NCBI GenBank assembly: GCA_965153285.1
Contig: OZ229115.1
Source of the DNA: Podarcis tiliguerta
Lineage: Eukaryota
Length of the DNA: 64,000 bases
Reading direction: 5' to 3' (one strand)
Positions within the stretch are counted from its first letter, which is position 1. Each line of letters begins with the position of its first letter. Shown in pieces: positions 11,348 to 22,913 of this stretch. The notes below the pieces were generated by a model that was not told where the DNA came from, did no database searches, and saw nothing but the letters and a program-made list of their open reading frames with translations. A program made the position numbers and the translations under genes.

Positions 11348-11374
11348 TTAAGGTTTAAGGACGCTATTGACCAC
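11348..11374 (+). CDS. PTPRF: 27-nt alternative microexon in FN3 repeat 5 (meC/LASE-c equivalent), LRFKDAIDH
   Basis: Long pyrimidine tract, ccatcag|, 27 nt with no stop, then |gtaagt. Phase 0-0 in the intron where LAR-family meC (9 aa) lies. Confidence 0.85.
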
Positions 11375-14235
11375 GTAAGTACCATTTGTTAGAGTGTTTG
11401 CTTGGATCAGATGGGTCTGAGGATCATTTTGTGAAATCTGTGTGCATAGTGCTGTCAAAACACCCCTGTCAATCCTCAGATGGTTCTAGGGAGTTGCTCT
11501 GTGGAGCTTCCACCAGCCACAAATCCTGAGCAAATTGGCATTTAGATTGCTGCTAAATGCAGAAAAGCAATTGACATTTTTCATAATCTGTAATTCCAGC
11601 TTGTTGCAATGCAATTTCAGGCAGATGCGGGGGGAGCAGCCCACTTTCTACAGTCTTTGGTCCAGCTCGTTACATGGCAGAGTCAGATCTGTAATCTTTA
11701 AACCTCATTGATCCCAGTCGTGAAAAATACCCTGTTCTCTCAGCTGTGACCTTTGGTTGAAACAGAAGCTGTAATAAGAACACAATCACATTCAAACAGT
11801 TAAATTCAATTTTTCCAAGTAATTTTGAGATATAAATTTGGAGGAACAAGCTTGAAAATTACCTTTGGAGAAAGACAGATTAAGTTACATACCCTGCTGT
11901 GGCTTCCCTCGTCTCTTAGCAGAAGGACTTTGCTTAGAAGGGGTTTGCAGCGACAGCCCTATGTATGGTATCTCTCATTCCACCTTCTTTCTTTCCTCTC
12001 TCCCCCTAACTTGCTTTGTTCTAGTGGCATGCTCTTCCCTGTGTGAGAATTACTCTCCTGTGTGGACTGTGGTGATGACTACATCTTTTCGTAGCCTTTG
12101 TGTTGTGTGTTTGAGTATCTCCCTCTATATCAATTTATTGCCATTGATTGATTTTGCTCTCTCATACAACTCCAGGGGGAAAAGGAAATCTTACTTGAAC
12201 TCTGATTTTGGTGTCATTCTGATTTCTGTTTGCTAATTTGGGTTTGCAAATGAAAGCAATGAAGGAATAATCTGGGTTAGGTAGCTGAATCCTGTAACTT
12301 ACCTGGGCTGCCAGTGAGAAAAAGCCTATTCACATTTGTTTGTTTGTTTGTTTTATTCAAATAATTAACAATTACATGACAGCCAAAAACAAAGCACCCT
12401 GACAAACCAAGGTTCTAGGAAGAGATTGTGCTCTATCTATCCATCTCAATACAGATTTATTCCTGGTTATATCACATTTTTATTTTTGTGCATTAACAGT
12501 CATTCCTTCATGCATAGGGTTAATGGTTGAAATTCTACTAGAAAACTGCTAGAGGTTGTCTTTGAGCAGGTCTTTCTCTGTGGAGTCCTTCACAAGGGTC
12601 CATATTTGCTAATAGAATGTAGAAGGTTTGAGAGAGCTGGAGTAAGCTTATGGTTACAAAGCCAACCCCATCAAATGATCCAGTGAGATAGTTCAAAGTC
12701 CTATTGCTACTTGCCCCTGCTGGTGTCTCTAGCCTGCACAGCTGGGGACAATACCATTGAGAAGGTAACAGATCCTGTGGCCTATAGATCCTGTGGCCTT
12801 TGTTTTGTGTAGAATTTTATGCTTGCTCTCTCGCCTTACATTTTTCCTGATGTATGTAGCATGGGTAGTTTATTTTTAAGAAGCAAGACTCTTGAATACC
12901 GTGGTTGGTGAGCATGTTATGGCAAGTGGCAGATCCACTAGCTATATTGCTGCTCATCCCAGGGCCTTCTGCTGGAAGAGACAAGTGAGTGGTCTGCTTC
13001 TGTTCTGTTATATGTACTGAAGTTAACACTTTAACTGTGATGGAAGGGCTGCTACTTTCCTGTTACAATAGGTTTACAACCAGTCCTTTTCATCTTTTGC
13101 CCATGTATCTGTGGGGTAAATGGCAGCACTATGAACAGAGAAGACTGCTTCATGCCCTTATTACATGACTGCGTAGCAGTTTGCCCTGCCAGGTATAGCA
13201 AAAGAATGTGCTTGTTTGTGGCCTGTTGATATGAAGAAGCACTTTGTCTCCGATAAGCATCTCATGACAATTAAAATTCAATATATGATGCTGCTGGAAG
13301 ATGCTGTTCATAAGTGAAAATAAGACACAGAACTTTGCCAGGCTCAGAGACAAAAAGACAAGACAACAAGGGAAGGCAAGTGGAGGGACGTTTTAAATGT
13401 TTGATTTTTGCTGTAGGCCGTTTAGAGATGGATGGGGTATTTTATTTTTATTTTTATTATTATTATTAGTCTCTCAGTACCAGAACAAAAAGAGATTAAT
13501 TGTTAACAGACATTTACTTCCAGTTAGCACCAGCTTGATCTTCCCTTTCTGGCAGTCTTGCCAGGATGAAAATGGTGAAACTACTCAATAGCCCTTGGCT
13601 GTCCTTTTACCAGTAACAAGTTCACTTGTGGTAGAAGTTGTGGGAAAGTTGTTCTTCCCTTCCCACTTCAGTTTGCTGTATTTTGTTGGGTCCCTGTTTC
13701 TTGCTGTGAACTTCCTTGGCTATCCAGAATTATAGGCTGGGCAATTTGTCTAGAAATTGGGCTGCAACTAACGACTGCTGCAATTGCATTGGGAGTTGCA
13801 AGTGTTGAGTTTGACAAACTGCTCCAGACAAACCAACCCTTTCATCCCATGTTGGAAATAGGAAAAAATGTGTGGATTTGTTCACGTGATGTAGTGAAAA
13901 TGGGTGCTTTCTGGCAAAGGGAGGTGCACAGGAAACACAACAAAAGTAGCCTATGACAAAACATACCCTGGCTTACTTCACAGAGGCCACTGGATTGCAT
14001 CAACCAACCTAGGAACATGTTTTCTCAATGCAACTTTCACTTGTCATCAGTGATGCGAGAGGTGGAGGCCCTGTATCCAAAGTAATCTCATTAAAAAGTT
14101 AATATAACTTCAGGGTCAGTTTTCCTTCTTGTGTGTTTTGGAACTAAATGGGTCAAATATCCAAAGTAAAGAAATGCTCTTATATTCCTGCCTTCCTTAA
14201 TTTGATAACGAGCTAAAAATGTCTGTTTCCCACAG

Positions 14236-14353
14236 GAAACCCTCATAGGAGGCCTTTTACCCGAAACAACCTATTCTATCAGCATCGCAGCCTACACCAC
14301 CAAAGGGGATGGGGCCCGCAGCAGGGACAAGGTGGTTACTACAAGTGGAGCAG
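14236..14353 (+). CDS. PTPRF: PTPRF exon, FN3 repeat 5 C-half
   Basis: cacag| [39 protein letters not shown] |gtgagc; 118 nt; absent from the ORF track. Confidence 0.95.
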
Positions 14354-16330
14354 GTGAGCCAATAGTACTACAACACATCTTTGATGAGCAAGTCTACTCT
14401 AATATTTTGAGCTCCAAAATAAAAAATGACAGAAATTTTAATCTTAAGAAGTGTTAGGAAGGTGAAAAGAGTCCCTGTACCCTGGAACCCCTTGTTTTGC
14501 AGACTGAACTGCAGGTGATGGAGAAGCAAGTAGAAGAATGGAAACTTCCTCTCTTTAAAAACCGCTTCACACATTACAATTTTATTACAATGGAGATAAT
14601 TTGCAGGCATTCTGGCATGCCGTGTCTAACAGCAGTCAGTCAGATGTCTCTAGGGAGCCATAAGCAGAGCAGGAGAACAATGACCATCTCCTGTTCATCC
14701 CAAGTATCTTATGTTTGGAACTGTACTGCTTCTGCTCATAGTTACCATGGCTAATAGTTGCTGGGAAATGCCTCTGCCTTGAATTGGCAAAATACCATGA
14801 CATTCATGTGGCAGCTTCATCGCAGCTTAGTCAAATCAACTCACCCCAAATCCAGAATACCACTATGCTATTGTGAATTTGCTCTGAGTGCCACAGTCTG
14901 GCACAGGATAATGGTTATCTTGGCACTGTGCTGATACTGAATAGTTTTGTTGTTGATGGATTTACACGTCAATCTCCCCTGATTTGGGGGAAGGATGTGT
15001 CTCTGTTGTGGGTGGAACGGAGATATGAAACCATCCATTTTATACAGCAGGTGTTAAGCTTTGAAGGGAGCAGCCCTTAATTTGTGCTACATATATGAGA
15101 TTTGGAATCCTGTTGCTGCTCAGCCATCACATCAACATTCCTAGCAGGAACCAGTTCATCAGCTCAAACACAGCACATTTTGATTGCAAACAGCATGCTA
15201 TGCTCTCAACAGCTCGCACAGGTGGTGAAATTATAAAGATTGCTATGAAAATTGCCTGCATCAAACTAGCGGAGATTCCAGTTTTGAGTCTGGGCTTCTC
15301 TGCAACATCTTATATTAAAGCCCTGATTTCTTATCTTGTGGCATTACCTTTCACTTTCTTTATCATACTGTCCCAAATCTACTTTCTCTAGGCTTGCTTC
15401 TGCAAATGGCAAGATTCAAGGAGTGGTTGCGGAAGTATGATGAGATTTAAGAGTCAGATACAAGGAAGTTTTGAAGACAGTATCCATCACAGTGTTATTT
15501 TTCACTGCAATTTTGGAAATAGTTACATTTGGAATAATTTACAGTATAGAAGTTAGGGATTAGCTGTTTAAATAATTTGCCCCAGGGTTTGGTTCCATCT
15601 GAATTTCAGTCCATCACCTACTGACATCCTGTATTATCAGTGTTTGCAAACTAGGAGGCACAAAGGTTTTCACAAAATATAGCAGCTGACAAAATTCCTT
15701 CAGAAGCTTGCACAAAGTGTGGCATTTGTGATAATCTTATTCATCCCCATTCCTTTAAGATCCTATAGCTTCCACCATAGTGTTCTCAACTCCCCTCCCC
15801 AAAAGAAATCAGATTTTATGATCAAGTTAGGCACATTTTACAGACAAACATATAGGTTAAGGATATTTGTGAAATGTAGCCATATAGAAATTAGTTTTTT
15901 TCCATTATAAAATTTGGATTTTGTTTTGTTGCTGTTGTTTAATTGTGGAATTTGGAGGACCTGGAAGAGTAAACACTGATATGTTCAGAAATACAGTGCA
16001 GTTGTTTCTGGACTGAACCACTTCAAATTGCAGGTGGTTTGCCTTTTTGGACACTGCCCCTGTAAACTCCCTGCCTGTGGAAAACATGCAAAGGAAAAGT
16101 CTTCTCCCAGATACGCTGCTTTTTTGTGTGCAGCTAATTTTAATTGGGGAAGCATTCAAACATATTGATCTTTCATCTGTAATCTGACGCCAAATTGATA
16201 GGGAGTGCTGTGCTAGATAATATTCCTTAGCAGGTAGATAAATTTCCTGAGTGAGCAACTCCAGCAGTGAAAAGGCCAGAACTCTGTCTCCCTCCCACTC
16301 ATGGCATATCACCCTGTTTTTGTCCCACAG

Positions 16331-16909
16331 TCCCAGGCAAGCCTACCATGATGATCAGCACCACAGCCATGAATACAGCTCTGATCAATTGGCACCCACC
16401 TAAAGAGATGGTTGGGGAGCTGCTGGGCTACCAGCTGCAGTTCAAACATGCTGAGGAGGAGAAGATGAGGATTATGAACTTTGAGAAGAACGTGGATCAC
16501 TTCACCGTGACTGACCTTTACAAGGGAGCCACCTACATCTTCAAGCTGGCTGCCAAGAATAGGGTTGGTCTTGGGGAGGAGTTTGAAAAAGAAATCACTA
16601 CCGCAGAGGAAGCGCCAAGCGGTTTCCCCCAGAACCTGCACGTGGTGGGGCTGACCACCTCCACCACTAAAGTGACTTGGGAGCCTCCACTTCTGGCGGA
16701 GAGGAATGGGAAAATGACCAACTACACCGTTGTGTACAGAGACATTAACAGCCAGCAGAACCTGACCAATGTTACGAGGGAAACAAGCATCACTCTGACC
16801 AACCTCAAACCTGACACAACCTATGACATCAAAGTTAGAGCCCACACTAACAAGGGAGCTGGCCCTCTCAGCCCCAGCATTCAGTCTAGGACGATGCCGA
16901 TGGAACAAG
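16331..16909 (+). CDS. PTPRF: PTPRF exon, FN3 repeats 6 and 7
   Basis: cacag| (V)PGKPTMMISTTAMNTAL…SPSIQSRTMPMEQ |gtaagc; 579 nt, phase 1-1. Confidence 0.96.
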
Positions 16910-17164
16910 GTAAGCACTCCCCTGTGATCAGTTAATGAACCTCTGTGGCAGAAAACAGGTCAGAGATGACCTGGTCAGTCTTACCTTCCTGAGCTTATAA
17001 TTTTTTGGATGGGGGGGCATGGAGTTTGAATGACTGCATTTGTTTTTTCAAACACATAACCCCATTTTCTGTTTCCAGATAAGAATTGTAGCTTTGGTGC
17101 AAACTGAACAGGCAGCTTCTGTGAAGAAACAGTGCCTTATAACTGCTACCTTTTGAAGATTGCT

Positions 17165-17337
17165 GTGTACACACTATACCTTTAAAGTACAATCGGAACA
17201 CATTATTTTCCTCAAAGAATTCAGGGCACTGTAGTTTACCTCTTGCAGTGTTAAAAATCCTAGCAACCCATAACAAACTACAAGGCCCAGAGAAAGAATA
17301 TACTTTGAACGTGCTTTAAATATATAGTTTGTACACA
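17165..17337. mobile_element. MITE-like palindromic element, same family as 6879-7040
   Basis: tgtgtacacactatacctttaaagtac…aagaattcagggcactgtagttt / aaactacaaggccc…gtgctttaaatatatagtttgtacaca. Confidence 0.6.
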
Positions 17338-17529
17338 GTCTGTGACAAAGAGGGGAAGGTGGCAACACAGTTTGGTCAAAAAGCTTAAGTGTCCTAAGGT
17401 GCAAGAAGGCTTATTGAATCTACAGGAAAACACCAAATTTTGCTGCTACTGAGAAGAGTGGAAGGGAAAGGGTTAGTTGTCCAGTGTTGCCTCACGGGGG
17501 CCACTCAAAAGGATTCTTTCTAATTGCAG

Positions 17530-17627
17530 TGTTCGCAAAGAACTTTCGTGTCAGTGCTGTGATGAAAACATCTGTGCTACTTAGCTGGGAGGTTCCAGAC
17601 TCTTACAAATCTGCAGTTCCTTTCAAG
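17530..17627 (+). CDS. PTPRF: PTPRF exon, FN3 repeat 8 N-part
   Basis: tgcag| (V)[32 protein letters not shown] |gtaagg; 98 nt. Confidence 0.96.
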
Positions 17628-19741
17628 GTAAGGGAATATGTCTGTCACGTATGGGGACCCGATTAATGTGCAGTAAGGAAGAAATTAGAAAGTCTGTCTC
17701 AGGGACCTTCAGACCAAGAGTCTTGCTGTCATCAACCCAGTTATGTAAGCTGAGCAACCAAATCCGGAGAAACACCAGGGGGCTTGAGTCAGGATGTAAG
17801 AAGTGTGGACACCCCCTTGTCCTGGGTACCCTAGAGTCCTGACACTTGTTTCCTTTAGTCTAGATCACCAAACATGGTAAATCAGCAGGTATGTCTTTAG
17901 AAATTAGTTAAAAACTGGTACATTTCCAGACCAAACCTCTTGATTCCCTTGACGATTTTGGAGACTCATATATGCCCTTTAAATGTTACTCAAGCTGTAT
18001 GGGAATTGGTTTCCCATGAGTCCTGCATGGTGGAGTGAGGAATTCATTCTCAGCACTGGCACAATCTTCTGCTCAGAACAGACTACAATTAGGAGCCCAT
18101 ACCCCCTGCATTCCAGGCAAAATGGTTTGATCCTACTGCTGATCATGAAGCATTTTTGTTGAGAACACAGGCAGAATTGCACTTAGGGCAGGATAGAGAT
18201 ACCTCTAGCACCCAACAGGGCACCGTAGTGTGCTGCTCTGCCTGTGGTCGCTAGCAACATGACAGAGATAAGTAAGCACTCGTGACAGCAGGAGAATTCT
18301 ATGCGGGGAATTCGTTCATAAAAGGCTAGTTCTTTGGACTCGTTCCTAGTGCTGTACAGTCAGAGCTGCCTTGGAACCATCATCAAAACCGTTGCATAGT
18401 GTGGGCTTCAAAACGTAGTTGCCAGATTATGCTGACGTAAGCAGAGAGTTGACAGCAGTTGCTGCCATGGGTTTGCCATGATGAGGCACAGGAGCAGATG
18501 GTGTTAGCGGCTCACTAGCTGAGGAGCAGCCATGCAAACGCAACGGGTGTAAATGAGCTTTCTTCTTCCTGTAGACAGCATTAGATGTCCAGGCCATGCA
18601 CAAGTGCCAACAGAGTAACTGGCCCAGGAGCAGCTGGCCCAGGAGCAGCAGCAACTTTGCAAACAGGACACTCCCCCACCCACCTGTGCTGAGCTGCTTA
18701 ATTCAAGTGTACAGGATGCCAGGCCAAAGCCTAATAATCTAGCGAGCACCGCTGATAAGTCTCCATGGGAACAATTAGCATTATCTACACTTGATAAACA
18801 GTCTCGCACTAAATCTACATCCCAAAGGGTGTCCTCTTTCTCTTTAACAGATTTAATTAAGGCAGATATTGTTATGATTTGTGAACACTGAGGCGCAGGC
18901 TAAATATCATGGTATTTTTTTATTGGGAATGAACTGAGACCTCTGAAATTCCTTCACTGAAAAATCAACAACAGGGCTTTCAGTTCTCCTCAGAGAAGAG
19001 CCGTTGCTTCATCTGGTCCAGGAGATAAAACTCCCTGCAAAGAGATGACTGGTCCTGTGAAGTGAGTGAGAAGTGATGTTATGGTGAGATTCCTGCTGCA
19101 ATCAGAACCTGACACTGTCCCTGATCTAAGAGAGCTGCTTCCCTGCCTGTGTTTGATGCTAGAAATGGATTTTAAATGAATGCTGCGTTGGGGAATGAGA
19201 ACTGATCATGAGACATTTTCATGAGGGCATAGGCAGAATGTTTTCAGACCAGTAGCCCTGGCTTCCACCTCCTATTATTGTACCTTGACAGATTTTTAGT
19301 AACAGATTCATCTTGCAGACTACTTTAGCTTCTCTGACACAGTAACTTACACCATTGTTGCCTAACTCCAGAAGGCCCAGCAAGTGAGGAACAGCCAAGC
19401 AGGCATCTCTACCCTAGATAACCGTACCACTGCACTCCTTACTCCCGAATGGATGACAGAAGAAGTTGCAATAGTTATGGGAGCTAGGGACCTTATTTTT
19501 CTTCCTACCCACATGTGCAGACCAACAGAGCTGGGAGAAGGCAGCACCAACTCTTATTTCTACATGGGGGTTCATGTTCTCTCAGATTTGGTATAGTCAC
19601 GCTTATCAACAGGTCAGCTTGTTTGGTACCTTACACAAAGAAAAAAAAGACCCAAACCAGGAAGAGGAGTTTTGGAAAGAACTTCATCCAACCCTTTTCC
19701 TATCAGTTTGGGCTGAATCAACTGTTTCCCTCTGCTTACAG

Positions 19742-19995
19742 ATTCTGTACAATGGCCAGACTGTGGAGGTGGATGGCCACTCCATGAGGAAGCTGATTAA
19801 TAACCTGCAGCCAGACACAAATTATTCCTTTGCACTCACAAACCGGGGAAGTAGCGCAGGAGCCTTGCAGCACCGAGTCTTCATCCGGACAGCACCTGAT
19901 GTCATCCAGAGCAAGCCCATTTCCACATACAAATACATCCATAATGGGCAGTTCACTCTGACTCTTCCCAAAGTGCAGACCTCTGTGCCAGTCAG
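19742..19995 (+). CDS. PTPRF: PTPRF exon, FN3 repeat 8 C-part and membrane-proximal region
   Basis: ttacag| ILYNGQTVEVDGHSMRKL…QTSVPV(R) |gtacgt; 254 nt. Confidence 0.95.
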
Positions 19996-20241
19996 GTACG
20001 TTTCTACTTTATTTATTTTTTATTTATGATGCTATCATAGGAAAACACGGTGTTGTATAGTTGGGGAAGGGTCTGCTGAGTCCCTGCAGAGTTTTGGTGG
20101 TTTTGCACAGGTAATAAGGGTGGTATTATAGGGAACTGTACTGGATTTCATAGATCATGATAATGGTGTAAATCCACCTACAACATGTTAAAAATGGTTC
20201 CCAATAGCAAGAGGTTACTAAAAATATGAGAGCACTCTGTG

Positions 20242-20360
20242 CAGCAGCCTTACCTGATCTGATGTTTTGAACTACAACTCCCAGCTGGCATGGTCAATGG
20301 ACAAGGGTATCAGAGCTGTAGCCCAAAACATCTGGAAGGCACTAGGTTGGGCAAGGGCGA
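20242..20360. mobile_element. Degraded hAT-type MITE (relative of 46918-47053)
   Basis: gatgttttgaactacaactccc … ctgtagcccaaaacatctggaaggc inverted core shared with the 46.9-kb copy. Confidence 0.55.
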
Positions 20361-20804
20361 TGTGCAGGATGTGATCAGGGTTCTGGATCTGGTCAACCAT
20401 TTTTACATATTATAACCTGCTCCTCTCAGTCACCTATCATTATATGAAAAATAGGGAGTCATAATCCCCATCATTCATCTGAAAGGGCCCAGGATGTACT
20501 TTCCACACTGCTGCACAGTTACTTGAAATAATGTATGTAAATCCTAATAGGAGGCTTGTGGAAGTCTCATTTGTGTTTTTGATCTCCCACCACTGAAAAA
20601 GGAACCAGATTATAGAGCTGTGCTTTCCCAGCTTTGGACACTATCACTTAGAAGTTGGCCTGGTGACTTTTATTAACCTAATACATGCCAGCAGGCTACA
20701 GCCCGTGTCTCTGGGAAGTTCAAAGGAGGGAGTTGCAGGGCTTTCATGGAGAGCATCCCTCTGTTTGAAGTAGAGCTCACTTATTCCCCTCTCTTGTTCC
20801 CCAG

Positions 20805-20895
20805 GTGGTACTACATCGTGGTTGTGCCGATAGACCACACAAGCAACCTAGTTGGCTCCAGATTGAAGAGCCCAGATGATATGGGACTAGACCAG
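20805..20895 (+). CDS. PTPRF: PTPRF exon, membrane-proximal ectodomain
   Basis: cccag| WYYIVVVPIDHTSNLVGSRLKSPDDMGLDQ |gtagga; 91 nt. Confidence 0.94.
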
Positions 20896-22374
20896 GTAGG
20901 AGAAGGCCAAAACTTGTTTCCACTTGTTTTGAAGGGGGTAAGAGAAACAGATGTTCAAGAAACTAGCCCACACATATGAAATAATTTGGGAGAGTATATG
21001 AGCAGCGTTAACCATCCTGTCATACTGGAGATAATGGCAAAGGACCTGGGGTTTCGGAAACTTTGCCTATGTGGGATAATTCCCACATTTGATAGCTTAA
21101 TTTGGAGGTGCCATCTTCTGCCATCCTGAAGTCATCAAGTTCCTCAAATACCCATGATATCCATATTCATCTTTAACCAGCTCTCAAAATTGCCTGTGAA
21201 GCTTACTGGTCCAGTGAAAGAGGTCACTGAAGTGTGATTGCCCATGGACTTGTTGCATGTATGGATCACACCACGCCTCCTTCTGCCCTCAGGTTCTGTT
21301 GTATAATTTATATGCAAAGCAAGATGTAGGAAGCAGAGGTCCCCATTTGGATGGGTAAGGCAGAAGGCAGGGACCCCAAACTGTACTTGGACAGGCAGAG
21401 TCACTTAATTCTCCCTGCTGAGTTTTGCAAGGGAAACACTGAGACTTAAGAAAGAGAAAACTGGCAGTCAGTGCCACCCCCTACACTGGATGTAAATAAG
21501 AAGCCAGGCAAGTGGGGGCTTACCAAGGGGAGCAGTGCCCCAATTTGCCCCAATAGATCAGTTTCCACTGGTAAAAACTGAAGCTTGGATAAGACTGTGC
21601 ATACACACACATCTTTGTGTTGCACACATTAGTTAGGATGCAGAGAAGCTGTGGTTGGAGGGCAGGGATGCCATTTTGTTAGGGTCACAAGCCAGCACCC
21701 TCCTTCCCTGAAATAATGGCATGGTTCTGTGTGGTCTCTGTTTTCTTCCTGGCACCACCATTGCTCTAATGCTTCATCTCTGCCCTAACACATTTTTGTG
21801 TGAAATGTATTTCATGCCTCCTCCTTCATTTTAAATTAGAATTTCTGTTCAGAGCCTAGCATTCATTTTTATTCATTAGAAAAACATCTTTAAACATCTG
21901 AGAGCTTTTCTGAGCAATGTAATTGAATTTTGGTGTGTTTATATCCTTTTTTCTTGAGTTTGTGGATGACTATGAAATTTGCCATTTTTTCCTCTCTCTG
22001 AACATTCCATGTTAGCACTGTGTGTGATTTATACAAAGTCTTGCTGCAGCCCAGCAGGATGTGGTGGGGGTGGTGAGCTCTGCGTACAGATTTTGTCCGT
22101 TTTAGTGTAAGCTACAAAGTGTGTTTGCAGAGTGGCAGAAATCTGTGTCAAAGCCTGTGGAATTTTTGCCTATCTCCAAAAGTTCAAATTGCTGGGCATC
22201 TAAAGATGCATATGCGGACTGTGTGGTCTGTTCTCTGCTGCTCCTGCTGCTCTACCATCAAAGAGAAACACGTATTTTAAAATGATTTCCCTTGAGATGT
22301 TGAGGGGTATAAACTTTATAAAAATGGTACACTATTTTCCACAAAACTGTGCCCAGTGTAGGTTATGATGAATG

Positions 22375-22500
22375 CATAAGAATGTGAACAGAGGCCTGCT
22401 GGGTCAGATCAGGGGTCCATCGTGTCCTGCTTCCTGTTTTCACAGTCGTCCACCATAAACCCAGGACAACACTTGGTTCCAGTTTTACCCCCAGCAACTT
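22375..22500 (-). mobile_element. CR1-type LINE 3'-end fragment
   Basis: cataagaa…gcctgctgggtcagatcaggggtccatc…cctgttttcacagt, similar to 42325 onward. Confidence 0.55.
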
Positions 22501-22700
22501 AATTAACTGTTCTGTTAAGGAAGTAGATGTACATTCATTGAGTTCTAGAGAAAGCCTTCGGGAATGCACTAGAGTAATGAATACCTGGACCCCCCTGGTA
22601 TTTTTTGTCAGCTGGCTTACAGGTTTTCCTCATGGAAATGTAGAGTCACCTTGGTCAATAGCATTGCTCTCTCTCACGCTAGCTTCCTTTTGCTACCCAG

Positions 22701-22913
22701 CTACTTGAGGCCATGAACCAAGGGGACCCAAGCAGGCGCCAGCGACGTCAGGCAGAGCGGCTCAAGCCTTATATTGCTGCCCAAATGGATGATCTGCCAG
22801 AGACCTTTGTCTTGGGGGACCAGAAGAGCTATCAAGGCTTCTACAATAAGCCCCTTTCAGAAGACTTGAGCTACCGTTGTTTCGTGCTGGCTTCACTGGA
22901 GGATGGGGATACG
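22701..22913 (+). CDS. PTPRF: PTPRF exon containing the furin cleavage site (RRQRR)
   Basis: cccag| LLEAMNQGDPSRRQRRQAERLKPYIAAQ…FVLASLEDGDT |gtaagg; 213 nt. Confidence 0.95.

Noticed and set aside
16309-16917. 202-aa antisense ORF over the FN6-FN7 exon
   Set aside because: Shadow ORF expected opposite a coding exon with this codon bias; it coincides with the exon limits.
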